NCBI RefSeq assembly: GCF_000400465.1
Contig: NW_008806280.1
Coordinates: 300,001-362,000, forward strand
DNA from: Wallemia ichthyophaga EXF-994
Lineage: Eukaryota; Fungi; Basidiomycota
Length of the DNA: 62,000 nt
Direction of reading: 5' to 3'
A model generated the notes under the pieces. The model saw only the letters and a list, made by a program, of their open reading frames with translations. It was not told where the DNA came from and ran no database searches. Shown in pieces: positions 47,126 to 59,855 of this stretch (positions within the stretch are counted from its first letter, which is position 1; each line of letters starts with the position of its first letter). The position numbers were made by a program, and so were the translations under genes.

Positions 47126-47632
47126 TCATCCCCATGCGACTGATGTACTGTAATTAACTATGACGTGACCATCTGTACCGTAACATTTATAGAGATTTCC
47201 GATGCTGTCGTCTGGTGAAGGAGCAAAAGCTGAGTTGACGTAGCAGAAGACGGGACAATTAGAATTAGACAGTCCGCATTCTTTCCTGAGGAACTGAATA
47301 ACTGTAGAAAACTTATTTGAGTCTGATATCTTATAGAAATTCTGCTTCATTATCGGCGCTGCACCTATAGCTTTGAATCGTACAACCACCTTCCTGCCTT
47401 CTTTACGGCGATAAGCTTCTAATGCACGATGAGATGCTCCGATAACTCCATGCTCGTTATAGGCTGCCTCAATATCAGCGATATCATCAACGGCGCTGCG
47501 TTGGTTCTGCGTCGATGCAATTGACCGCGGCTGTGGACTTCCTATTGTGTCCAAGTTGGGTGAATTCTTAGGTGAGAATAAGGCCTCTGATGTTGGCAAT
47601 GGTGGCAGTGTTGGTGGCTCTCCGCCGCTCAT
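47126..47632 (-). CDS. ATG12: Ubiquitin-like autophagy protein Atg12
   Basis: KVVVRFKAIGAAPIMKQ, YVNSAFAPSPD, C-terminal YSTSVAWG. Confidence 0.95.
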   Translation of the reverse strand: MSGGEPPTLPPLPTSEALFSPKNSPNLDTIGSPQPRSIASTQNQRSAVDDIADIEAAYNEHGVIGASHRALEAYRRKEGRKVVVRFKAIGAAPIMKQNFYKISDSNKFSTVIQFLRKECGLSNSNCPVFCYVNSAFAPSPDDSIGNLYKCYGTDGHVIVNYSTSVAWG

Positions 47633-47733
47633 TAAGCTCTTGGTCGTTGGTGGAAGAGACGCAATTGAGGTAATCAGCACAATCAATAAACAAATAAGTC
47701 AAGACATTCAAATATTTACAAACAAGCTCCTGT

Positions 47734-50426
47734 TTAAATCGTTACTGTAACACAAGATGGTATGATACAACCATTCTGCTTCAATACAGCAATCAGCGTC
47801 AATGAGTTATCCACCAACTCGCCATCAATATCTCTCAGATTCGGTAATCCCACTATCAACTCCTCGTTCGAGATATAGTTGACGTATGCAGACCTCCACA
47901 CGGCCACCTCCTCATCATGCATACTCGTCTTGCCTTCCTCACCAAGATCCAGCCCCAGTCCTACTCCACGAGCTTTGCGTATCTTGCCCCCTAAATAAAT
48001 ATCTGCAGTGTCATTCGAGAAGACGTCAAAATTCTTGCCTATTACTTTGACAATGTCTACCATTTCACCCTCAATCTCCTCACCAGAGTAGCGACGCTTC
48101 GTGCGCACGTCGCAGTGCACCCAACTATCCAGATATGGTATCGCTATAGCTATAGCTCCATCCAGGTTCGTTCTCTTATTGAGTGTGTCGAGCGGAAGAT
48201 TCGCGCCAGGCGTGAATTCTGGTGTGTATATGTGGTGATTATGCACTTCTGTGTGGAATATTAGTGAATCTATTCAAATAATCGAAACAACTCAAATCAC
48301 CCACCTGCACATGACAACGTCCACAGAGCAATCTCGCCAACATCCAGTGACCAGGTCATGCCATCTTCAGCAAAGGCATCGAGATTGTTAGCATCATAAT
48401 GACTCGAACGCCTTTTGTTACGTCCACCTGACTCATTTGAGATAGACGAACGCCTTACACTCGTCCTTCTCGATCGAGGTTTGTATGAGACATCAGCCCC
48501 GCTCTCCTCATACATATCGTGCATGTCTGACTGGTAGCTAGTCCTCCTCGACTTGCTTGCTCCTTCCTGGTTATACTTGTAGTTGGAGTTGGAATTCTGG
48601 TTTTTATGTGGGAACTCAACAGGTCCTTCGTGTGCTTTAGGTGGAGTGATGAGACGGATTAGCTCGTCTACGCAGGTGAGATACATTCCTGAAGCCTCGA
48701 GATCGTTCCCATCTGTCTGACTAGGCGTCTGCGTCTGCGCTGCTAACTCCAACCCCACCTTGTTCAGCTGCACAGTGGGTTCTCCCAACACACTCCCCTT
48801 GATGCACCCCACTTGGCGATGCTGGTTCGCGTTACTGTCGAGACTAGAGCGACGACGCTGTTGCTCTACATTGCCGCCTCCCGTCACTGAGCTCCCTTTT
48901 CCTCCTCTCCTGACGATCAGTGGCGGCGACACTACACCGTGAGCGAGTGACTGGAGCACCACTACAGAGTTGGCGCGAATAGCTGTAGTGTACATCCCAG
49001 TCGGCAGCGCTCCCACAGGCGGCGTTGGCCAGTCTGATGGAACGTTTGGTAGTCTATCCTGGGCATACTCCGTGTCATACATCCAGATAATGAACGGATC
49101 CCAGTAATTGGCATCTGGAGTAAACGTAGCATTTCTCAGGTCAATACCCTCCTCATTGTTTATCTGATAATCACTACCTAATGGCCAGACAGCCGGTGTG
49201 CCAGTCACAGTGAGGTAGCGTGTCGACGATGTTTGAGACTTGGCTCTGTTATATAAGCTAACGAGACTACCGTGAAAAACGCAAATATCTTCATTTCGCT
49301 TTGGCTTTCTCTGCTTGGATGCTTTCGATATTATGTTCATATTTGGAAGTGAAAAACTGCCTTTGAAAGGGTTGCTCGATAGAAGCGATGGAATTATCAC
49401 TTGAGCATTGCAATTAGTTATTCTACGATCATCTGAGACTTCGCTGATGTGCAAATGCTTAGCTACCGCTTTCCCATGCATCATTCTGTTATTCGAGTTG
49501 TTGTCTGAAATGTCTGAGGTGTCGTCGTGTGAGTCTGATTTGTTAGAGTTTGGGGAAGAGGAGGGTGGCGTAAGCGGCATATTACCCGTTTGCGTTGCCT
49601 GGGTTACCTGGGAGGCCTGTGCTGGGTGTGATTGGAACTCTGTCCATTTCAAATCGCAATGGTGAGCTTCCCTGCTATTTCCAAGCTTCACTTCCACAGA
49701 TGGAGACAATTGTCCTAATGCATGAGATTGTCCGCTCTTCTTGTTGTTCATGTCGCTGTTCCAATTCTTGCCAATCAAACAAACTTGAGGAGGTGGAGCG
49801 ATGAATCTGTCATGTCAGCGCCTTCACCACACCAAACCACACCACACCTACCTCTTCTCATTCCCGTAACTCTTCTGTGCAGTCTGTGGTGTTGTAATTG
49901 AAATAATCTGCTCGCCAAAGTTCATGCGATGCGGTGCGTTGAGGAAGTTCTTTAGGGTGATAACGATGCGCGCACTAAGCTTTTCATCTTCTTGGTCGTT
50001 GTGACGGCTGACCTGTGCAGGGTGGTGTACCTGCTGCAAGTGCTGTTCCTGCTGCTCGTGCTGCGGTGGCAGTGGAGGAATAACGTTGGCAGGCTTAATG
50101 AAAGTATCTGAGGGTGCAACGACGCTAATGGAATGTCTGTTGGCGTTGCTCAGGCTGGCGAATGGGTGGCCAAAGTAACCAGATGGCGTCACCGGGGATT
50201 GTTGATCGACTGTGAAAGAGCTAAACGCTGAGCTTAAGGAAGGTACACTGCCACGATGCTTATTATACTTGTATTGTAGTGGCTGCTGAATATCCTCCGC
50301 CTCCACTTTAACTTCAGCCTCGGTTGCGCCTTCACCTGGACTAATTGATAAGGGATCATAGCCGTCGTACGACGTCGGTGGCTGTGCGTGATCTTCAATA
50401 CTGTAATTGCTGAAATTAAAGTCCAT
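47734..50426 (-). CDS. Fungal CSL (RBP-J/Cbf11-12 family) transcription factor, 3 exons
   Basis: AQKSYGNEKR|FIAPPPQV, YNRAKSQT..TRYL, VSPPLIVRR, PTVQLNK, LWTLSCA|E, then an IPT-like C-terminal exon (VIGKNF) equal to ORF 47734-48246. Confidence 0.88.
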
Positions 50427-50659
50427 CGTCGTTGTTGCTCAACCCGCCAATTAGTTTATTACTTCGTTTCCATCTTTCGGCGAGACGATTCTGAAACATT
50501 AATCTAGGCAATACAATAACTTAAGCCTTTTTTGATGGTGGATTTTATAAAGTATTTTGTTTTTTATATTTCTATATTCTACACTTGACTGCTTCTATCT
50601 GTGTTTCCTGGATATGTGTCACTCCCAGCAGCGTACCATTCCTAGCTACTTCTATTGCC

Positions 50660-52898
50660 CTAGCTGTCACCTTGATTATAAACCCTTCCAAGCCTACTCA
50701 AAGCCACCTAATCACTTGGTCAGATGAGCCTGTCTTAGATATTGATACTCACGTCATATGCCTCCATCAATGGTTCCACTTCCTTTGTCGTTGGCCTCAC
50801 TTTCTTCACTTGATGCTTAGCATTCTTCGTGTATCCCTTAAAGTATTTGGCTTCTTGCACTTCTACCAGCGTCCATGCTGTGCCAACCAATCCAGCTCGC
50901 GCTGTTCTACCGACCCTGTGGACATACTTGGGCATGTCAAGTGGTATGTCATAATTGATCACATTTTCAATACCCTGAACATCTATTCCTCTTGCAATTA
51001 CATCCGTTGACACCAACCTATTCATTTCATACGTCAGCATACGTCATTCTCTCTCAAAACACTCACATATCAACCTCGCCATCCTTAAACTTGGTAAGCA
51101 TCTTTTGCCTCTCTTGCGGTGAGAGATCACTGCTAAATGATGCCACTGTCGGTCCATTCCCCACTTGATCATTGAACAGTCGCAGAAGATGCATCAACCT
51201 CGTAGCACTCTCAACAGATTTCGTGAAACACAACGCCCTCTTTACACCCCTCTGGTAAAGCAAGTGCAGCAACATCAATGGTTTGTACGCCGTTTCGGAA
51301 ACTATCATACGTTCCTAGAAAGGAAATTGAGATTAGATTGACCTAAATTAATGTACTCCCAATATAGCATCTATAACTCACCTCTAATGTGGATGGAATC
51401 GCATAATCTTCCACCTTCTCGTTGCGAACAACGACGAACTTAGGATCGTTGAGATGCAAAGAGCGAATTTTTGATGGATCTGTTGTGAGTGTGGCTGAGA
51501 AAAGCATTTTTTGCACCTATTCTCAGTGAGCAGTGAAACGACAGAAAATTAAAATAAACTAACTCCTCGTTGTGGTCTTTCAAATGTCTCCATCAAATCG
51601 TGTTTGTTTGTACCACCCAATGCATCATGTGCATCTGTCCTTGGTGGTATTTTAATTGGTGTTGTTAATGCAATCTGAACTCTGTCTATCCACGATTGGA
51701 AAGACTGATTCATCAACCTGTCCGCTTCATCTATGACCTTGGAGGTATGTTGGCGGAGGGGTTATTTAAAAAGCACCAACTCACCAAAAACCTGAGATGC
51801 TGGACTGTGAAATTTGGGGTAGAGTTGATGTGATCGATAAGTCTACCCGGGGTTGCTATAAGTATGTCGACTTTAGAGCTGCCACCAGCAAAGCTTGAGG
51901 AGGTATTAGCTTGCGTACGAACTAATGAGATTTACCAACATTGTATCAGTTTGGCCAACGAGTTTGGCTTGTTCTTGTTGAAATGATTGCTGTCCAGTTA
52001 TCGTACCAATCTAGAGTATAGTGAGTAAATGTGTATAACAAAATCTCGCCAACTCGAATCCCACCTTGAGATCAGTGCCTTTTGCGAAAAGCTCAAATGT
52101 TTCTCGGACTTGAGAAACGAGATCGCGAGTGGGAAGAACGATAAGAGCTCTCAGACGTGTGACGATACGTCTTGAAAGAACTTCTACAATTGGTAGAGTG
52201 TACCCTAAAGTCTTTCCAGAGCCAGTTGGTGCAGATACGCAGATATCTCTTGGACTCTCAGCGGGATAAAGAGGGTGTCGTATACCATCATTCATGTCAC
52301 CTATGAGAAGTGGAATGGCAGCTAGTTGAACGGCAAAAAGGCTTTCAAAGCCGATTTGGATGAGACGATTGCTGAGTCTGCCACCTAAACCTAGAGTGTG
52401 GGCCTGGGTTGAAGGAAATGACTGATTTGCGTCTATCGAAATTTCATTTGCAAAGACATCAGGCAGACCGAGTTTCTTGAGATCTTCAGTTGAAGCTACG
52501 TTGAGATTCTGAGGTTCTGGGAAGGACAGCAACGGCAATTGAGGGGGTTGTTGAGGGATTTCCTGGGAAATCTCAGGGATATTGGGGATCTCAGGGTTTT
52601 CTGAGATTTCAGGCTTCTCAGGCTTTTCGATCTTCTCGTCGCGATCGCTGTCGCTACTATCACTGCTACTGCTTTCACTGCTGTCACTGCTATCACTATT
52701 ACTACTGCTGCTACTAATACCACGATCACCACCGCCAGATACCTTTGCATCCTGCTCACCGGGCTCAACTCTCCTTTTCTTCTTCTTAGGCGCAGCTGCT
52801 TGGTTTGCTTTCCTTCGTATCTTTTTCTTATTAAGATAGCGGAGTTTTGCGGCTGTTTTCTCCTTTTTGAGTGTGGGTGCGGGTGCTGCAGTGGTCAT
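50660..52898 (-). CDS. DBP6: Nucleolar DEAD-box helicase Dbp6/DDX51
   Basis: [48 protein letters not shown] across about 8 exons. Confidence 0.92.
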
Positions 52899-53366
52899 CG
52901 GTGTAGAAGATGGAGGTGGAGATGAAGAAGAATAAGGGTGATGGATATCAATCTGAGTGTTCTTTGCTTTGCGAACTATGCGCTGTGTGTATCTGCTCAG
53001 GTTCTAGGTTCTGTTCAGCATACCAAATTAAGTAATTAAATTCAGGGCGTAGAAGCTTTAGAAGCTTGTGAAACTTGTAGAACATTTAAATCTAAGACAT
53101 TAATTGAATAATTTTAATTTTAAAGAAGAGATCGTGATTATCATTTCAGGAACTGATCCCGGCAATATCCCCGCGGAGTGGATTGGTGCTGCAATGTGAT
53201 AATGTGAGTATATTTTAGTTTGGATGTAAATTTAATCGTTGATTATCGAATGAACGTAAGCGAATTTGACTCCGAATTAATTAATGCAACTCAGGGATCA
53301 CGCTACCTGAGACTATAAATATCAGCGCACAGCCGACCTCTTATCCATCGACATCCAACTTGAATT

Positions 53367-53958
53367 ATGAAATTTTCTGCTTTAACCACTATCGCCACTG
53401 CTATTACCGCTGCCACAGCTGCTCCCGTTAAGAGAGTCGTTGGCACCGTTTCGTTCACAGATGCTATATCCAACATGAAGTTGAACTTGGTGACTAACGA
53501 CGCCTCCATCCCAGTTGGACTCAGTAACGGTGTTCTCACTGCAGATCAAGATCCTATCACTGTCGATTTTCTCCTAGGTGATTCTCAATTCATGAATTTT
53601 GAGAACACAGACAACACTAAGTTTGGTCGGTACAAATAGGCATCTTCAAACAACCACTAATCATTCCATAGGTCACATCGTTAACTCTGGAACACAACAG
53701 GCTCTCACAGTAAACTCACCTGGCGCTGCTCAAGGTCAAAACATCTACTTCTCTGAGAGCAGCATTTCCGATGACTCAAGTCAGATGCTTCAATACTGGG
53801 AACTGAATGCAGACATGCAAGTTAGATTCCTCGGTGCGCCAAAAGGTGCTGAATTCGGTCAAGGTCCATTCACTCCAGAGTCACAAAATGAAGGTGATGG
53901 CTTGGCAATTGCACTCAACACTAATACCGCAGCAAGTTTCGTCCTTGAGCAACAATAA
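53367..53958 (+). CDS. Secreted acidic protein, paralog 1 of 3 (possible ricin-B/beta-trefoil-like)
   Basis: Signal peptide, KR site, intron 53626-53671, QYW motif; clearly homologous to 58779-59386 and 59856-60472. Confidence 0.85.
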
Positions 53959-54258
53959 ACCTTACATGAAACTCGCATTGAAATTTTTCAAACAACCCAA
54001 CTAAGTTAATCATCGGGACGATCTCTTTTTAATCAACATCTCTTTTTAATCAATATCAATTATCACAATCAAGATTACGAGATATCAACTCAACTTAACC
54101 TTGTTGATATCAATTTTTCACGATTTCCATGGAATTTCTTTATAAATAACTTTAATTTGTAACAAAGTATAATGCATTGTAGTGTGCTCAAGTTAAACTA
54201 ATTCAATAGAGGTTCTATGAGTAATCTCAACTTCAATATGAACAAAATCAATATACTT

Positions 54259-56415
54259 TTATTTCTTATCAGTCAACTCCTCAACGCATTTCAAACCATC
54301 TAGCGCCTCTTTATTCAAATAGCCATGCTTAATGTTTTCTGAGAATCCTTCTGGAATATAGTTTCCTGCTGCATCTGGTACATTGAGATGCTCAGCCATC
54401 ATAGCAGCGATTGTAAACCTTGCATTCTTCTTACTGCTACTGCTAGCTTCCGCGATCTTTTGCCCATCCATATGCAATATCGCAAACCAACTAGCAACAC
54501 CGTCGAGATTGCGATCTGTCTCACCAAATTCCCAATTCAACTTGTTACCGAATATCTTATTTATAGCTGTAGACCAATGTCCTTGCACTTCTCCTCTATT
54601 GCGCTCTTCGAATTCCCTTTGTACTGCTGTGAGATGGCACTTTACGAATGGTCCCAAGAGCTCTATAAGCCACGATCGACTGATTCCAGGCTCTCTGTCA
54701 CGAAACACCGCTCCTATATATGCTTCCATCGCATCTGCTTTCGTTTTCATTGAGTGATGCTGTACCTGTGAATCTTGATTCTTCAATTGCGTCGACACAC
54801 GCAGCTTTGACGGCAGGCCGTACATTTCCGCAAAGTATGATAGTATATTACCATTAACAAGCCTGTTACGCAAGCTCACCATTCCACCCGGTCTCAGCTG
54901 CGGGTGCTGTACAAAGATTGCCTCAGTCGTATGCACTTCTAGCACTGCATCTCCTAGGAACTCTAGACGCTCGTTATCGAATGATGTGTAACCCTGATGT
55001 GTTTCATTGTTAGCTAGTTTGTATAACGACGTGTAAAAAACCACTCACTTCTGGATCTTGCATGACGTTGAGTGGTGGATTAAGAGATCTATGAGTGAGT
55101 ACCTCAAACAGCGACACCTCAGTCAAAGCTGGTAACGGTGGTGGGTATGATGATGGAAACTCAGGCTGTACCTCAGTCTTCATTTCGTCGGATATAGGCA
55201 GGAGTTTACCGTGATCTAGATCGTACCTCGACATAGGTCTGTTTGGATTGAATTTGCCTTCATTCAACAATCCCTCTATAAACTCTGTTTTGGCATCAAT
55301 CGAGTGACTTGACTGCCAGCGCAAATTCTTGAGTGGTGGGCCTGCTTCTTCCTCCCTCTTTCTCTTCCGTGAGAGCTCTTCAGCCTCCCTCTTTCTTGCA
55401 GCTTCATCTTCCTTGTCCATGATCATTTTAGCCTCTCCAATCTCCCTTAACTCCTTGAGCTCCTTTTTCAAACCCTCTTCGCGTTCCTTGTATGTCATAG
55501 CCTGTTGTTGCATCTCTGAGTCAGCTCTCTCATACTTCCTTTTGTACTTGTCAACTTTCTTGAGCGTATCAGCTTTCGCCTTCTCAGCCTGTTGTAACTT
55601 CTGCTTGTACTCCCACTCAGCTTTCTCAGCCTGTTTCTTGTATGTTTCAAGCTCGAGATGTACCTCATTTTTATGCTTTTCAGAATGAACTGTTTGATGT
55701 CCTTGCTCCGTCTCTGCTTTCTCAGTCTGCTTTCTTCCACGTTTTTGAAGTGCTTCAGTTTTGAACTCTTCAGATCTGGAGATGCTTCCATTCCTGCCTC
55801 GATGCGAGACTCCCTCAGACGAAGTATCAGGTTCCCCCGTTGAGTTATTATAATACGTTTTGATACTATCTGCAGCGGTGTTTTGCTCCTTTTGACTGCT
55901 TTTGGCTGCTTCTGCAGCTTGTGCTTCCAGGTCTGCAACGTTCGGCTTCATCTCGGGTTGCGCTGTTCCTTGAGATTCGACAATGGCGGTGATGTTCGGA
56001 GTGATCACATCATAAAGCCATCCTTTGAGCTTATCGAATCCCATTTCCTTGTAGATAGCACCAATGAATCTGCATGTACATTAGACAGATATCTTGCACC
56101 CCTAAACAACGCACGCTAGAAGTATATTCGCCTTGTCGCGTATTTCGGGCAATGCTTTCAGTTGAGTTATCTTCAGATCCTCGGATATTGACGCAAGCTT
56201 AGGCTCAGAGATAATACTATGCAAAACGCTATTGAGATCTGCTTGCGCGTTCTTCGTTAATACGTAGTCCACCTGCATTCTATCAGACCATTCTACGCAT
56301 AGAAACCCACACTCACCACAAAAGACTGCAGGAGCGATCTACCGAGTGTGATCAGGCCCTGGTCGATTGCCAAGCACTGTATCACTATTACGGGCGATAG
56401 TGGAGGCAGTGACAT
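54259..56415 (-). CDS. RNase III protein, about 670 aa: degenerate RIII, charged coiled coil, intact RIII, dsRBD-like domain
   Basis: Exons 56415-56317, 56272-56115, 56069-55049 and 54993-54259 are all GT-AG and frame-consistent. THRS, NERLEFLGD and KADAMEAYIGA are intact in domain 2. Confidence 0.85.
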
Positions 56416-56562
56416 CCTTAATGCTTCGCCGGTGGTGGTGGTGATGGTAGGTTCGAAGAGAAGGTCTGTTTTGTATAGAGCTGAGATTGGCGAAATCAAA
56501 ATTATTTATATATTTAAGAACTTCAGTTTAATTTAGAATAGAAAAGGGACGTTTTTCTATTT

Positions 56563-56575
56563 AAAAAAATAAAAA
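56563..56575 (-). terminator. Pol III oligo-T terminator downstream of the tRNA
   Basis: TTTTT and TTTTTTT on the minus strand, 3-4 nt after the discriminator base. Confidence 0.75.
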
Positions 56576-56578
56576 TTG

Positions 56579-56658
56579 AACCCCTGACGGGAATTGCACC
56601 CGCGACCCTCTGCTATCCTGACCGGAGGCAGATACGCTAACTTCTACGCCACAAGGGT
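56579..56658 (-). tRNA. tRNA-Arg(CCG) with a 7-nt intron
   Basis: Full cloverleaf: ACCCTTG/CAGGGGT acceptor, GCGT/GCGT D stem, TCTGC/GCAGA anticodon stem, CT-CCG-G plus intron TCAGGAT, GCGGG/CCCGT T stem. Confidence 0.85.
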
Positions 56659-57151
56659 ATAACCGTTAGACTATTTCAGTCAAGTGTGTTTGCTTTCTCA
56701 GCTACAAATAACATACGTCTATAAAACGCTCAAAGGCAAAAATTTTCATCAGATGAAAGGCCTGGCAAGCTCTTTACGAGTTCTTCAAACCGCAATTAAC
56801 TACGCATCAAAGATACTCCAGTGGTTCAACGTAATTGAGAACCACCAACAATTTACACATTACGACGCTAGTCAAGAAACCCTTCCAGTAAATTCAGTAC
56901 CCCCTTTGACTCCTCATGCTTTAAGAAGTATTGATGCACGCAGTTTACAACATGTATCGTCTTAACAATATAATCAGATTTCATCATCATCATCAACGAA
57001 AGGCGTGGCTGAGCGAGTAACTCACACCTCATAATTCCATTAATTCCCTGCGACTAACGATATAATCTAGGAACCCCTCAAATCTTACAAAACAATTTAA
57101 AATTTCGTTCATTAAGTAAATCAATTACAACAGGAAGCAATCCTTTCAAAT

Positions 57152-58380
57152 CTATGTGAGAGTGTTCCTTATGGAATCTTTCTGCTGTTGATTGAGTGTC
57201 TTCGGTAGCTCGACATCCCAAACGACCCTCAAATCACCCTTCTTCTTTGCAGCATCCTTCTTGGAGATTGGCATGCCTTCACCATACTTCTTGGTGACAG
57301 AGCCAGGTTGTATTATACCGGAAGGTGGGTTGATTTCAATCAAACGACCATCGAGATGTCTTATCTTGAATGTCTTGCTACCGGTACCGCACATGGCATC
57401 GACCAAGCTGACCTTTTGGTGCACTTCCACGTCGTCGCCATCACGTTTGAATGTAGAGTGAGGTTTCTCTTCCACGACAAAGACTATATCCTGGAATTTA
57501 CCTTGACTAACTTCATTTCCTGAGGTGTTGAAACGAATTTTAGTACCCGCTTTCCATCCTGGCTTAACACTGAACTCCAGTATCTTATCCTCGCTCCTGC
57601 CTGAGAGATGCTTGCGTTGTATCTTGAGTTTCTTGTGCACGCCTGCGTAAAGGTCTTCTAAGGATATAGGCACGTTCTTGGTCCATTCTGAAGGACCCTC
57701 ATCTTTAGGAGGAGCTTTGGAGCGAGTGGAACGTGTGCTACCGCCCATACCAGGCATTCCACCGCCCATTCCACCACCACCCATGCCACCAGGCATGCCA
57801 CCGAATGAAGAGAATCCGCCAAAGTCATCGTCCATGGAAGAGCCAAAGCCGCTTCCCATACCACCCATTCCTCCCATTCCGCCTCCCATGCCACCTTTAC
57901 CGCCAAAGAGCATTTCAAAGATGTCCATTGGGTCACTGGCTTGGAAGCCACCTGGTCTACCGCCGCTGCTGGAGAAGTTGAATGATCCACCAGGGAAGGC
58001 ACCACCAGCATCGCCGAATCCTTCGAAGCCGGCGCCAGGTGATGGACCACCGCCACCTTTCAAGCCTTCTTCACCATCTGAAGGATGACGTTAGATTGGT
58101 TGATAGAGATGGAAGCAGACTCACATTGGTCGTAAATTGTTCTCTTGTTGGAGTCTGTCAATACCTCTGCAGCTTCAGACGCCTGCTTGAATTTTTCAGC
58201 AGCTTCGTCGGAGCCCTTGTTTCTGTGGAGGAGTATAATGAGTATACGCTGTTGGAGCGGGACTATAGCCACTCACCTATCTGGGTGGTACTTGAGAGCT
58301 GCCTTCTTGTAAGCCTTCTTTATTTCGTCTTCGCTAGCACTTTTGTCTACGCCTAGTAGTTTGTAGTAGTCTGCACCCAT
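57152..58380 (-). CDS. SIS1: Class II Hsp40/DnaJ (Sis1-like)
   Basis: DYYKLLGV...KYHPDR J domain, G/F and G/M regions, [15 protein letters not shown]; two introns. Confidence 0.95.
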
Positions 58381-58478
58381 TTCTGCCTTGCGTTTCTGTC
58401 CAATCTTGGGCGAGTTTGTGGATTAAAGTTGATCGTTTTAGTTGAGAAGAGAATCTTATGATGTCAGCGTTTTTTGCT

Positions 58479-58493
58479 GGAAATTTCGGGAAT
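58479..58493. promoter_or_regulatory. Heat-shock element upstream of SIS1
   Basis: gGAAatTTCggGAAt is three perfect alternating nGAAn units about 100 bp upstream of the SIS1 ATG. Confidence 0.7.
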
Positions 58494-58778
58494 ACGTCAG
58501 AGACTTGAAGTGGACGAATTAGGTAATTCAAAAGATTTGTTTATTGTTCAAAGCGTATAATGTATTTACATTGTAAGCTACAAATTAATAGTTAATTACA
58601 GAAAGAGAGAAGTCTTGTAAATTTGATAAAAAAAAAATATGCTTTAGAAGATTGTGAGAGTGTTTATATAATAGTGTTCATGTAAGAATAATCATTGAAG
58701 AGATTTTCCAGAGCTTAGAGGATTTTATTTGCGTTTTTGTCATTTTTTGAAACGAATTGTCTCTGTCGCCACGACAGT

Positions 58779-59386
58779 CTACTTCTGTTCCAGAACGAGT
58801 TTCGCGTCGGTGTCCTTGTTCAGTGCAATTGCCAAATTATCACCCTCGTTCTGTGACTGTGGAGTGAGTGGACCTTCACCGTAATTGCCATCCTTTGGTT
58901 TGCCAAGAAATTTCACTTCCATGCTCTCGACATCCATTTGCCAGAATTGAAGCAGTTGGCTTGAGTTATCTGAGGTGCTGCTCGTTGAAAAGTAGACGGT
59001 CTGACCTAGGGCTACGCCTGGGGAGCTGGCCGTGAGTGCTTGTTGTGTCTCAGTGTTGCGAATATGACCTTGGTGTGTTAAAAAAAAAGTTTTCAAAATG
59101 CGCACAAAAACCCACCAAACTTTGTGTCGTCGGTGTTTTCATATCCCATATATTCAGAGTCGACCGGTAAAAAGTCGACGGTAACTGGATCGATATCTCT
59201 AGACACCGTAGCGAGAACGCTATTGGCCAATCCGACTTTCATTGAAACGTCCGAAGTGACGAGGTTGAGATTGAGGTTAGTTGCAGCTGCAGATTTGATA
59301 TCGAGTGTCTCTTGTCTCTTGTCAAACGCGGCAGCGGTGGCTACAGAGGCGAAGGTGGAGATGATAGCGATTGTTGAAAACTTCAT
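58779..59386 (-). CDS. Secreted acidic protein, paralog 2 of 3
   Basis: Signal peptide, DKR site, intron at the same KFG|H position as the other paralogs, QFW motif. Confidence 0.85.
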
Positions 59387-59855
59387 GTTGAATTCTGTGA
59401 TGATTGCGATGGTTCAAGAGGAAAGTTCGAGGCTGAATTTATAGCCATAGCTGTAGCGCTAGCCCTTGTGATCTACCTCAAATACGTCGCCCGTCAACAT
59501 CTGTACCTGATTCAAATTTATTAAACGCGGGCGCTGCCTGCGTTTTCTTAATAAGTTGGGCGGAATGGGTTGCTTATTAATAAGCTTTTCTTTATCAGGC
59601 TGAGCGTGTGTGGTTCGCTGCGATCGAAGATTTTGGAGAATCTAGTAAGGCAAGCGTGACGCAAACATCATACTTGTCCAGCCACTCAACAAATTCTGCT
59701 TTGTTATTAATCAGAAGCTTATACATGATCACAAATGGATCCAAGAAGTCGTGAAAATTAAATAGACAATGAAATGACGTGAGAAATTGTTCGTAAAGTT
59801 AAAATTTTTTGTTATTTGATATTTCTGAGAGAAAAGATTCTTTACCAGTGCTGCT

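Noticed and set aside
47734-48246. Apparently separate 170-aa gene
   Set aside because: It is the last exon (IPT-like C-terminal domain) of the CSL gene, joined by a GT-AG intron in frame.
54021-54054. 17-nt tandem duplication ATCTCTTTTTAATCAA(C/T) and other short repeats (45590, 33268, 36724)
   Set aside because: Ordinary slippage products in UTR or low-complexity sequence; no element ends or transposase.
55010-56044. Apparently separate coiled-coil gene
   Set aside because: It is exon 3 of the RNase III gene; intron 55048-54994 joins it to the catalytic exon.
56684-56965. 70-93 aa ORF between the tRNA and the SIS1 3' end
   Set aside because: No motif, signal peptide or splice support; its length is compatible with chance.
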